Source: Euglena gracilis (lineage: Eukaryota). From it: a stretch of DNA of 64,000 bases. Made by a program: the position numbers and the translations under genes. Below the pieces are notes generated by a model, which did not search any database, was not told where the DNA came from, and worked only from the letters and a program-made list of their open reading frames with translations. The stretch spans positions 62,001-126,000 of the forward strand of contig CP154954.1 of assembly GCA_039621445.1 (NCBI GenBank), read 5' to 3'. This document shows, in pieces, positions 32,443 through 44,641 of this stretch (position 1 is the first letter of the stretch; every line of letters begins with the position of its first letter).

Positions 32443-33722
32443 ATGACAAAAAAAGAAGAAAAAAATTTAAATAATACAAAAATCAATTTAACAGTAAAAA
32501 AAATTTATAAAAAATATTGTTCTTATAAAGCACAATATGATGAAAAAAACCTGGACCAAAAATTTAGTTGAAAGCTTTTTTTTTTTATCATTGAAAATGG
32601 GCATATTTTAAACGTAGTAGAAGTAGAATATTTTTCTTAAAGCGTGTCAAAAAAATCGATTAATTAAAATATAGTGTCATGGAAAATGTGATTATTCTAT
32701 CACTTATTTAAATATGCTTTTTTATCAATGTCAATTTGTAGAATAATTGGCGTTTTTTTTGATGGAGTATAGTGAGTTTGCCTACTTTTTACCTTATTAA
32801 ATTAATAAATTTAAAATTGACTTATTAAAAACTTATAGGGAGTAAATATTAAGGAAGTACCTTATCAGGATTTTGATAAGTATTCTCACTATTGAGGTTA
32901 AATATGGATTAGTTGATTATGCGTTAGTACGAGAATTTCATAGAACAGGTGGACCCTCATGTGCATTCGTATTTTATTAAAGAAGTCGATACTAAATTGG
33001 CAAATTTTTTCGATATATCTATTGATTCTAAAATATAGGCCAGAGTTAACAATGAGAAAGATTTGCTCGACTATTTAATAAAACAAATATTTAACTTTGT
33101 GGATGCTTCAGAAAATTTCATGGCTTCGGAATCAATTCTTAAAAAATATGGTAAATATTTTCAATATCTTCCTTTGGAAGAAAGGATGATTGAATTAGTG
33201 AAAAAAGGGGACATAGAAAATGCTATGTTACTGTTTGAAAAAGAAAAACCTTCAGAATTTGTATATAAGGGCGACGCTATTGAACGTCAATTAAGAAACA
33301 TATATTTAAGTACGAGATTAGGTGTGAAATAAAAAATTAATTTTAATGAATACATAATACCCAAAGACTTAAGGTGGATGTTGGATATTTATGAATCCCA
33401 TCTAAATATGGGTAAAAATAAGGTATTTTTAATTTTAGGCAGTGAACATAGATATTTAATCGATTTTTTCGAATCTTATTTGCAATTTAAAGGCTTTTAT
33501 CCTTTAGTAGTTAAGAAATCCAAGGATTTACTGAAATTAAACAATACTTATCATTATGATGCGATAATTTTTGTCAACTCAAATATCCTTGAATATCAAA
33601 ATGTAAATGAGATAAAAAACATGTTCAACTCTTTAGAAACGACGTTAACTGCTTATTATGGAATATCTTTGATAAAGGTAGGGTCGTGGATTAAAGCCTT
33701 TCGTTCAACTTGCATGTGTTAA
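32443..33722 (+). pseudogene. Interrupted long ORF (ATG at 32443 after GGGAG; in-frame pieces 33063-33332 and 33378-33722)
   Basis: One frame stays open from ~32930 to 33722 apart from single stops at 33036 and 33330. Confidence 0.5.
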
Positions 33723-33816
33723 GCATAGCTAAATATTGCTTTTCGTTAAAATTGTAAGGCGTAGGTCTCCAAAACCTGATGTAGTAGGTTCGAATCCTAC
33801 AAAGCGCGCTTTTAGT
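33660..33816 (+). pseudogene. Pseudo-trnI (with inverted 16S insert) and pseudo-trnW in the leader of the first 16S
   Basis: ctttgataaaggtagggtcg resembles the trnI anticodon arm; 33760-33808 matches the 3' two-thirds of trnW with 1 mismatch. Confidence 0.85.
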
Positions 33817-33889
33817 GTACACATTATAGTAAATGTGCCCCTTGCTTGGTCACCAAGAGGGTGAAAGGATTTGACCAACTTTGATGTTT

Positions 33890-34633
33890 TGGAAATGACG
33901 AGTTTGATCCTTGCTCAGGGTGAACGCTGGCGGTATGCTTAACACATGCAAGTTGAACGAAATTACTAGCAATAGTAATTTAGTGGCGGACGGGTGAGTA
34001 ATATGTAAGAATCTGCGCTTGGGTGAGGAATAACAGATGGAAACGTTTGCTAATGCCTCATAATTTACTAGATCTATGTGAGTAGCTAGTTAAAGAGAAT
34101 TTCGCCTAGGCATGAGCTTGCATCTGATTAGCTTGTTGGTGAGGTAAAGGCTTACCAAGGCGACGATCAGTAGCTGATTTGAGAGGATGATCAGCCACAC
34201 TGGGATTGAGAACGGAACAGACTTTTACGGAAGGCAGCAGTGAGGAATTTTCCGCAATGGGCGCAAGCCTGACGGAGCAATACCGCGTGAAGGAAGAAGG
34301 CCTTTGGGTTGTAAACTTCTTTTCTCAAAGAAGAAGAAATGACGGTATTTGAGGAATAAGCATCGGCTAATTCCGTGCCAGCAGCCGCGGTAATACGGGA
34401 GATGCGAGCGTTATCCGGAATTATTGGGCGTAAAGAGTTTGTAGGCGGTCAAGTGTGTTTAATGTTAAAAGTCAAAGCTTAACTTTGGAAGGGCATTAAA
34501 AACTGCTAGACTTGAGTATGGTAGGGGTGAAGGGAATTTCCAGTGTAGCGGTGAAATGCGTAGAGATTGGAAAGAACACCAATGGCGAAGGCACTTTTCT
34601 AGGCCAATACTGACGCTGAGAAACGAAAGCTGA

Positions 34634-34665
<32 letters not shown>

Positions 34666-34758
34666 TTGGCCGTAAACTATGGATACTAAGTGGTGCTGAA
34701 AGTGCACTGCTGTAGTTAACACGTTAAGTATCCCGCCTGGGGAGTACGCTTGCACAAG

Positions 34759-34839
<81 letters not shown>

Positions 34840-34907
34840 AGGATTTGACAGGATCTAGGAGGAAGTTTGAAAGAACGCAGTACCTTCGGGTATCTAGACA
34901 CAGGTGG

Positions 34908-34959
<52 letters not shown>

Positions 34960-35219
34960 CCTTTTTTTTAATTAACGCTTGTCATTTAGAAATACTGCTG
35001 GTTATTACCAGAGGAAGGTGAGGACGACGTCAAGTCATCATGCCCCTTATATCCTGGGCTACACACGTGCTACAATGGTTAAGACAATAAGTTGCAATTT
35101 TGTGAAAATGAGCTAATCTTAAAACTTAGCCTAAGTTCGGATTGTAGGCTGAAACTCGCCTACATGAAGCCGGAATCGCTAGTAATCGCCGGTCAGCTAT
35201 ACGGCGGTGAATACGTTCT

Positions 35220-35256
<37 letters not shown>

Positions 35257-35376
35257 TGGCTGTGCCCGAAGTTATTATCTTGCCTGAAAAGAGGGAAATA
35301 CCTAAGGCCTGGCTGGTGACTGGGGTGAAGTCGTAACAAGGTAGCCGTACTGGAAGGTGTGGCTGGAACAACTCCC
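33890..35376 (+). rRNA. rrs: 16S rRNA copy 1 (variant: 9-nt deletion and several private SNPs)
   Basis: AGTTTGATCCTTGCTCAG, GTGCCAGCAGCCGCGG, AAGTCGTAACAAGG. Confidence 0.95.
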
Positions 35377-35462
35377 TTTAGTTTTTTAACTAAAAAAATG
35401 TATAGATTGAAAACAATGAAAAATAAAAAAAATAAGTAGGGAAACCTCTTATTTTTCCAAGA

Positions 35463-35536
35463 GGGCTATTAGCTCAGTTGGTTAGAGCATACCCTTGATA
35501 AGGGTAAGGTCGCTAGTTCAAGTCTAGCATGGCCCT
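35463..35536 (+). tRNA. trnI: tRNA-Ile(GAU)
   Basis: 16S-23S spacer tRNA, anticodon GAT. Confidence 0.95.
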
Positions 35537-35545
35537 CTTGGTTTT

Positions 35546-35618
35546 GGGGGTATAGCTCAGTTGGTAGAGCGCTGCCTTTGCAAGGCAGATGTCAGCGGTT
35601 CGAGTCCGCTTATCTCCA
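35546..35618 (+). tRNA. trnA: tRNA-Ala(UGC)
   Basis: 16S-23S spacer tRNA, anticodon TGC. Confidence 0.95.
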
Positions 35619-35636
35619 AAAAGGTTTTGATGTAGG

Positions 35637-37556
35637 TTCAAATGAACAAGGGCTTATGCGGGATTGCTTGGCATTTAGAGTCGAAGAAGGGCGTAGAAAT
35701 TAACGATATGCTTTAGGGAGCTAAAGACGAGCTTTAATCTAAAGATTCCCGAATGGGGCAACCTATTACTTTAACATTACAATGAAATGGTATACAAATA
35801 ATGTAGAGAACTTGGTGAACTGAAACATCTTAGTAGCCGAAGGAAAAGAAAGCAAAAGCGATTTTCTTATTAGTGGCGAGCTAACGGAAATCAGCCTAAA
35901 CCTTTATGGGTGTTGTGGGTATATTATAATTACTGAAAAAGATAGAGAATTTGTTGAAAACAAAATCAAAGAGGGTTTTAAATCCCGTATTTGTTTTTAA
36001 AAAGTAATTTTTGATTTTCCCGAGTAGCATAGAGCACGTGGAATTCTGTGTGAATCAGCGAGGACCATCTCGTAAGGCTAAATACTCCTAAATGACCGAT
36101 AGTGTACGAGTACCGTGAGGGAAAGCTGAAATAGAACACTGAGAAGTGAGTGAAATAGAATATGAAAGCATAAGTTTACAAGCAGTAGGAGATCTATTTA
36201 AAGATTGACTGTGTGCCTGTTGAAGAATGAGCCGGCGACTTATAGGTGATGGCAAGGTTAAGGTTTTTCCGGAGCCATAGTGAAATCGAGCTTAAATAAA
36301 GCGAAAAACTTTCTTCTTGAAAGTTTATGTCATTGCTTATAGACCCGAACCCAGGTGATCTAATCATGGTCAGGTTGAAGTTTTGGTAAAACAGAATGGA
36401 GGACCGAACCCACCAATGTTGAAAAATTGGGGGATGAACTGTGATTAGGGGAGAAATTCCAATCGAACTTGGAGCTAGCTGGATCTCTTCGAAATGCGTT
36501 GAGGCGCAGCGTTTAATTATGGTAAACATTAGGGGTAAAGCACTGTTTCGATGCGGGCTATGAAAATGGTACCAAGTTGTGGCAAACTCTGAATACTAAG
36601 TTATATTTCAATTAATCAGTGAGACAGTGGGGGATAAGCTTCATTGTCAAGAGGGAAACAGCCCAGATCACTACTTAAGGCCCCTAAATAATTACTAAGT
36701 GGTAAAGGATGTACTATTACATAGACAACCAGGAGGTTGGCTTAGAAGCAGCCATTCCTTTAAAAAGTGCGTAATAGCTTACTGGTCAAGTGATAGTGCG
36801 CCGAAAATGAACGGGACTAAGTAATTTGCCGAAGGTGTGAGAGAAATCGGTAGAAGAGCGTTCTGTGTTGAAGAGAAGGAATAGTGAAAATAGTTCTGGA
36901 TTAAACAGAAGTGAGAATGTCGGCTTAAGTAACGAAAACATTGGTGAAAATCCTATGCTCCGAAAACCTAAGGTTTCCTTAGCCAGGTTCGTCCTCTAAG
37001 GGTTAGTCAGGTCCTAAAATAAGGTTTAACAACGTAAATTGATGGATGACAGGTTAATATTCCTGTACCGAATGCTCACTTGTAAGGAGTGACGAAAAAG
37101 GCTAGATCGGCCACGTGATGGTTTGTGGTTTAAGGGTTCAAGAGGTATCAAATATTAAAAAAAATATTTTGTCTTAAGGCCTGAATAGTATAAATACTAC
37201 GGTATTGAAAGTGATTGATGTCATGTTTCCAAGAAAAACTTTTGTTTATGTATAGTGAGCTCGCCTGTACCGTAAACTGACACAGGTAGGTTAGTAGAAT
37301 ATACTAAGGAGCGCGAGATAACTCTTTCTAAGGAACTCGGCAAAATGACTTCGTAACTTCGGAAGAAGAAGTACCTCTAATGAGGTGGCAGAAAAGAGGT
37401 CCAAGCGACTGCTTACCAAAAGCACAGGTCTCCGCGAAGTTGAAAAACCATGTATGGGGGCCGAGGCCTGCTCAGTGCAGGAAGGTTAAAGAAATTGGTT
37501 AGCGTAAGCAAAGCTAGTGACTGAAGCCCCTGTGAACAGCGGCAATAACTATAATT

Positions 37557-37609
<53 letters not shown>

Positions 37610-38097
37610 TTAACGATTTGGACACTGTCTCAGAAAGAGACTCGGTGAAATAGAATTGACTGTGAAGATGCGGTCTACTTGCACTTGGACAGAAAGACCC
37701 TATGAAGCTTTACTGTATCCTGAAATTGGTTTCGGGCTTTTTTTGCGCAGAATAGGTGGGAGGCTATGATCTTGTCTTTTGGGATACGGGGAGCCGAAAA
37801 ATGAGATACCACTCTGAGAAAGCTAGAAATCTAATCTTAATCTTATGTACAATCATGATAATTGACAGTTTCAGGCGGGCAGTTTTACTGGGGCGGTAGC
37901 CTCCTAAAAAGTAACGGAGGCGTACAAAGGTTTTCTCAGGCTAGACGGAAATTAGTTGTGGAGTGTAAAGGCATAAGAAAGCTTGACTGTGAGACTTATA
38001 AGTCAAACAGAGACTAAAGTCGGTCTTAGTGACCCGACGGTGCTGTATGGAAAGGCCGTCGTAAACAGATAAAAGTTACTCTAGGGATAACAGGCTG

Positions 38098-38157
<60 letters not shown>

Positions 38158-38174
38158 ACCTGGGGCGGTAGTAC

Positions 38175-38209
<35 letters not shown>

Positions 38210-38523
38210 TACGTGAGCTGGGTTCAGAACGTCGAGAGACAGTTCGGTCCATATCCGGTGTGAGCGTTAGAGTATTGAAAGGCGCTTTCCTTAGTACGAG
38301 AGGACCGGGAAGGACGCACCACTGATGTACCAGTTTTTGTGCCAACAGAATACGCTGGGTAGTCAAGTGCGGAGTGGATAACTGCTGAAAGCATATAAGT
38401 AGGAAGCCCACCTTAAGATAAGTACTCTTCATAGGTCACGGTAAGACGAACCGTTTGATAGGTATTAGGTGTACAATTGGTAACAATTTTAGCCGAGATA
38501 TACTAACCGACCGAAAATTTTTT
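35637..38523 (+). rRNA. rrl: 23S rRNA copy 1
   Basis: GAACTGAAACATCTTAGTA, GGATAACAGGCTGAT, sarcin-ricin loop AGTACGAGAGGACC; ends approximate. Confidence 0.95.
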
Positions 38524-38600
38524 CCTATATGAAAACAAAACATTTATTTTTACTTGTCACTTTTTTAAGATTTAAAAGTTTCTTGAATGAACTTTTATTT

Positions 38601-38716
38601 TAGGGTGCTCTTGTCTTTATGGATCCACTTAAAACATTTCGAACTTGCAAGTTAAACATAAAGGGTAAATAGATACTTGAAAGGTTACTTTCCGGGAAAA
38701 GATTTTAGTGCCCTTA
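38601..38716 (+). rRNA. rrf: 5S rRNA copy 1
   Basis: 116 nt, terminal stem TAGGGTGCT/AGTGCCCTTA, CGAAC motif, downstream of 23S. Confidence 0.88.
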
Positions 38717-39401
38717 TGGGAAGTTTAATTTATTTAATTGTCTCTTAGTGAGTTTATTTATTAATATTAACTCGATTTTCGAGTAATTTTTATGACTGCC
38801 GTTACGTTAGTGTTTTATTGCATGGATAAATGTATTGTGGTATAATTAAACCAAGGAATTTGTCAAACCACGTTTCCTTTAAGTTTGAATTTTTTTTGGC
38901 CAAAACATGATGCTTCCGAAAAAATAAGACAATCTGTTTATAGAAATCAGTGAATTTCGTAATATTTTTCTTTTAAAATTTTAAACGATATGAATAATAT
39001 CCTCGAGTGTTTGGAAAATGACTATGTTTCTTCGCTAATATAAAAGATTAATCACAAAATTCAACAAGATAGGTTGAATCATAGTGAGAATATTAGGTAA
39101 TCTTCTGATAAGAGTTTTATTTTGTTGTACATTATAGTTATTGCTACTTTGTATTTGGTTCTTTGTGTTATGTGTGTGCTTTTTAGTTGTAAATTTTTTG
39201 CTAGTAAGAAGCGTGTCGTTCATTGTCGATTTGGACGAATATTTATAAAATGCTACAAGAGACCAAAATGTCTTTATACTTCTTATATTGCTGCTGAGTA
39301 CCCTATATTTTGTGATATTGAAAAATATTAAGGTAAGGTTCCTAGACTTTCATACGTAAATGCTCATGCGCACAGTTTAGGTGTTATGCTTTTATCCCTG
39401 A

Positions 39402-39428
39402 TCTTGTGAATTCTTTTCATTCACAAGA
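39402..39428. terminator. 10-bp perfect hairpin in the inter-operon spacer (repeated at ~45327 and ~51247)
   Basis: tcttgtgaat-tcttttc-attcacaaga. Confidence 0.4.
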
Positions 39429-39459
39429 AATAACTTAGCTTAATTCCTAGTGTAAATTT

Positions 39460-39727
39460 TTCCGTACTTTAACGTGTGGCTGGGACAATTTTTTTATTTT
39501 TAATTAAAATACCGTATAAATTTTAAAAAATAAAAAAATCAAAAGGAAAATTTTTTATTTTTCAAAGATCACTATTATCTTTTATTATTATAGAATACCT
39601 TTGATAAGGGTAGGGTCGTGGATTGAATCCTTGTATTAGCCAAATATTTCTTTTCTTTAAAATCCTAAGGCGTAGGTCTCCAAAACCTGATGTAGTAGGT
39701 TCGAATCCTACAAAGCGCGCTTTTAGT
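39460..39727 (+). pseudogene. Leader pseudogene cluster: decayed 16S 3' end, spacer, pseudo-trnI, pseudo-trnW (repeated at ~45385-45652 and ~51305-51572)
   Basis: ccgtactttaacgtgtggctgggacaa vs 16S ccgtactggaaggtgtggctggaacaa; cctttgataagggtagggtcg vs trnI; trnW 3' part at 39671-39719. Confidence 0.85.
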
Positions 39728-39800
39728 GGGCACATTATAGTAAATGTGCCCCTTGCTTGGTCACCAAGAGGGTGAGAGGATTTGACCAACTTTGATGTTT

Positions 39801-40548
39801 TGGAAATGACGAGTTTGATCCTTGCTCAGGGTGAACGCTGGCGGTATGCTTAACACATGCAAGTTGAACGAAATTACTAGCAATAGTAATTTAGTGGCGG
39901 ACGGGTGAGTAATATGTAAGAATCTGCGCTTGGGTGAGGAATAACAGATGGAAACGTTTGCTAATGCCTCATAATTTACTAGATCTATGTGAGTAGCTAG
40001 TTAAAGAGAATTTCGCCTAGGCATGAGCTTGCATCTGATTAGCTTGTTGGTGAGGTAAAGGCTTACCAAGGCGACGATCAGTAGCTGATTTGAGAGGATG
40101 ATCAGCCACACTGGGATTGAGAACGGAACAGACTTCTACGGAAGGCAGCAGTGAGGAATTTTCCGCAATGGGCGCAAGCCTGACGGAGCAATACCGCGTG
40201 AAGGAAGACGGCCTTTGGGTTGTAAACTTCTTTTCTCAAAGAAGAAGAAATGACGGTATTTGAGGAATAAGCATCGGCTAATTCCGTGCCAGCAGCCGCG
40301 GTAATACGGGAGATGCGAGCGTTATCCGGAATTATTGGGCGTAAAGAGTTTGTAGGCGGTCAAGTGTGTTTAATGTTAAAAGTCAAAGCTTAACTTTGGA
40401 AGGGCATTAAAAACTGCTAGACTTGAGTATGGTAGGGGTGAAGGGAATTTCCAGTGTAGCGGTCGGTGAAATGCGTAGAGATTGGAAAGAACACCAATGG
40501 CGAAGGCACTTTTCTAGGCCAATACTGACGCTGAGAAACGAAAGCTGA

Positions 40549-40580
<32 letters not shown>

Positions 40581-40673
40581 TTGGCCGTAAACTATGGATA
40601 CTAAGTGGTGCTGAAAGTGCACTGCTGTAGTTAACACGTTAAGTATCCCGCCTGGGGAGTACGCTTGCACAAG

Positions 40674-40754
<81 letters not shown>

Positions 40755-40822
40755 AGGATTTGACAGGATCTAGGAGGAAGTTTGAAAGAACGCAGTACCT
40801 TCGGGTATCTAGACACAGGTGG

Positions 40823-40887
<65 letters not shown>

Positions 40888-41143
40888 TTTTTTAATTAAC
40901 GCTTGTCATTTAGAAATACTGCTGGTTATTACCGGAGGAAGGTGAGGACGACGTCAAGTCATCATGCCCCTTATATCCTGGGCTACACACGTGCTACAAT
41001 GGTTAAGACAATAAGTTGCAATTTTGTGAAAATGAGCTAATCTTAAAACTTAGCCTAAGTTCGGATTGTAGGCTGAAACTCGCCTACATGAAGCCGGAAT
41101 CGCTAGTAATCGCCGGTCAGCTATACGGCGGTGAATACGTTCT

Positions 41144-41181
<38 letters not shown>

Positions 41182-41300
41182 GGCTGTGCCCGAAGTTATT
41201 ATCTTGCCTGAAAAGAGGGAAATACCTAAGGCCTGGCTGGTGACTGGGGTGAAGTCGTAACAAGGTAGCCGTACTGGAAGGTGTGGCTGGAACAACTCCC
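39801..41300 (+). rRNA. rrs: 16S rRNA copy 2
   Basis: Conserved 16S motifs; 4-nt duplication at ~40461 is probably an error. Confidence 0.97.
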
Positions 41301-41385
41301 TTTAGTTTTTTAACTAAAAAAATGTATAGATTGAAACAATGAAAAATAAAAAAAATAAGTAGGGAAACCTCTTATTTTTCCAAGA

Positions 41386-41459
41386 GGGCTATTAGCTCAG
41401 TTGGTTAGAGCATACCCTTGATAAGGGTAAGGTCGCTAGTTCAAGTCTAGCATGGCCCT
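41386..41459 (+). tRNA. trnI: tRNA-Ile(GAU)
   Basis: Same sequence as copy 1. Confidence 0.95.
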
Positions 41460-41468
41460 CTTGGTTTT

Positions 41469-41541
41469 GGGGGTATAGCTCAGTTGGTAGAGCGCTGCCT
41501 TTGCAAGGCAGATGTCAGCGGTTCGAGTCCGCTTATCTCCA
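41469..41541 (+). tRNA. trnA: tRNA-Ala(UGC)
   Basis: Same sequence as copy 1. Confidence 0.95.
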
Positions 41542-41559
41542 AAAAGGTTTTGATGTAGG

Positions 41560-43481
41560 TTCAAATGAACAAGGGCTTATGCGGGATTGCTTGGCATTTA
41601 GAGTCGAAGAAGGGCGTAGAAATTAACGATATGCTTTAGGGAGCTAAAGACGAGCTTTAATCTAAAGATTCCCGAATGGGGCAACCTATTACTTTAACAT
41701 TACAATGAAATGGTATACAAATAATGTAGAGAACTTGGTGAACTGAAACATCTTAGTAGCCGAAGGAAAAGAAAGCAAAAGCGATTTTCTTATTAGTGGC
41801 GAGCTAACGGAAATCAGCCTAAACCTTTATGGGTGTTGTGGGTATATTATAATTACTGAAAAAGATAGAGAATTTGTTGAAAACAAAATCAAAGAGGGTT
41901 TTAAATCCCGTATTTGTTTTTAAAAAGTAATTTTTGATTTTCCCGAGTAGCATAGAGCACGTGGAATTCTGTGTGAATCAGCGAGGACCATCTCGTAAGG
42001 CTAAATACTCCTAAATGACCGATAGTGTACGAGTACCGTGAGGGAAAGCTGAAATAGAACACTGAGAAGTGAGTGAAATAGAATATGAAAGCATAAGTTT
42101 ACAAGCAGTAGGAGATCTATTTAAAGATTGACTGTGTGCCTGTTGAAGAATGAGCCGGCGACTTATAGGTGATGGCAAGGTTAAGGTTTTTCCGGAGCCA
42201 TAGTGAAATCGAGCTTAAATAAAGCGAAAAACTTTCTTCTTGAAAGTTTATGTCATTGCTTATAGACCCGAACCCAGGTGATCTAATCATGGTCAGGTTG
42301 AAGTTTTGGTAAAACAGAATGGAGGACCGAACCCACCAATGTTGAAAAATTGGGGGATGAACTGTGATTAGGGGAGAAATTCCAATCGAACTTGGAGCTA
42401 GCTGGATCTCTTCGAAATGCGTTGAGGCGCAGCGTTTAATTATGGTAAACATTAGGGGTAAAGCACTGTTTCGATGCGGGCTATGAAAATGGTACCAAGT
42501 TGTGGCAAACTCTGAATACTAAGTTATATTTCAATTAATCAGTGAGACAGTGGGGGATAAGCTTCATTGTCAAGAGGGAAGCAGCCCAGATCACTACTTA
42601 AGGCCCCTAAATAATTACTAAGTGGTAAAGGATGTACTATTACATAGACAACCAGGAGGTTGGCTTAGAAGCAGCCATTCCTTTAAAAAGTGCGTAATAG
42701 CTTACTGGTCAAGTGATAGTGCGCCGAAAATGAACGGGACTAAGTAATTTGCCGAAGGTGTGAGAGAAATCGGTAGAAGAGAGCGTTCTGTGTTGAAGAG
42801 AAGGAATAGTGAAAATAGTTCTGGATTAAACAGAAGTGAGAATGTCGGCTTAAGTAACGAAAACATTGGTGAAAATCCTATGCTCCGAAAACCTAAGGTT
42901 TCCTTAGCCAGGTTCGTCCTCTAAGGGTTAGTCAGGTCCTAAAATAAGGTTTAACAACGTAAATTGATGGATGACAGGTTAATATTCCTGTACCGAATGC
43001 TCACTTGTAAGGAGTGACGAAAAAGGCTAGATCGGCCACGTGATGGTTTGTGGTTTAAGGGTTCAAGAGGTATCAAATATTAAAAAAAATATTTTGTCTT
43101 AAGGCCTGAATAGTATAAATACTACGGTATTGAAAGTGATTGATGTCATGTTTCCAAGAAAAACTTTTGTTTATGTATAGTGAGCTCGCCTGTACCGTAA
43201 ACTGACACAGGTAGGTTAGTAGAATATACTAAGGAGCGCGAGATAACTCTTTCTAAGGAACTCGGCAAAATGACTTCGTAACTTCGGAAGAAGAAGTACC
43301 TCTAATGAGGTGGCAGAAAAGAGGTCCAAGCGACTGCTTACCAAAAGCACAGGTCTCCGCGAAGTTGAAAAACCATGTATGGGGGCCGAGGCCTGCTCAG
43401 TGCAGGAAGGTTAAAGAAATTGGTTAGCGTAAGCAAAGCTAGTGACTGAAGCCCCTGTGAACAGCGGCAATAACTATAATT

Positions 43482-43534
<53 letters not shown>

Positions 43535-44022
43535 TTAACGATTTGGACACTGTCTCAGAAAGAGACTCGGTGAAATAGAATTGACTGTGAAGATGCGGTC
43601 TACTTGCACTTGGACAGAAAGACCCTATGAAGCTTTACTGTATCCTGAAATTGGTTTCGGGCTTTTTTTGCGCAGAATAGGTGGGAGGCTATGATCTTGT
43701 CTTTTGGGATACGGGGAGCCGAAAAATGAGATACCACTCTGAGAAAGCTAGAAATCTAATCTTAATCTTATGTACAATCATGATAATTGACAGTTTCAGG
43801 CGGGCAGTTTTACTGGGGCGGTAGCCTCCTAAAAAGTAACGGAGGCGTACAAAGGTTTTCTCAGGCTAGACGGAAATTAGTTGTGGAGTGTAAAGGCATA
43901 AGAAAGCTTGACTGTGAGACTTATAAGTCAAACAGAGACTAAAGTCGGTCTTAGTGACCCGACGGTGCTGTATGGAAAGGCCGTCGTAAACAGATAAAAG
44001 TTACTCTAGGGATAACAGGCTG

Positions 44023-44082
<60 letters not shown>

Positions 44083-44099
44083 ACCTGGGGCGGTAGTAC

Positions 44100-44134
<35 letters not shown>

Positions 44135-44448
44135 TACGTGAGCTGGGTTCAGAACGTCGAGAGACAGTTCGGTCCATATCCGGTGTGAGCGTTAGAGTAT
44201 TGAAAGGCGCTTTCCTTAGTACGAGAGGACCGGGAAGGACGCACCACTGATGTACCAGTTTTTGTGCCAACAGAATACGCTGGGTAGTCAAGTGCGGAGT
44301 GGATAACTGCTGAAAGCATATAAGTAGGAAGCCCACCTTAAGATAAGTACTCTTCATAGGTCACGGTAAGACGAACCGTTTGATAGGTATTAGGTGTACA
44401 ATTGGTAACAATTTTAGCCGAGATATACTAACCGACCGAAAATTTTTT
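41560..44448 (+). rRNA. rrl: 23S rRNA copy 2
   Basis: Near-identical to copy 1. Confidence 0.95.
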
Positions 44449-44525
44449 CCTATATGAAAACAAAACATTTATTTTTACTTGTCACTTTTTTAAGATTTAA
44501 AAGTTTCTTGAATGAACTTTTATTT

Positions 44526-44641
44526 TAGGGTGCTCTTGTCTTTATGGATCCACTTAAAACATTTCGAACTTGCAAGTTAAACATAAAGGGTAAATAGATA
44601 CTTGAAAGGTTACTTTCCGGGAAAAGATTTTAGTGCCCTTA
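44526..44641 (+). rRNA. rrf: 5S rRNA copy 2
   Basis: Same sequence as copy 1. Confidence 0.88.
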
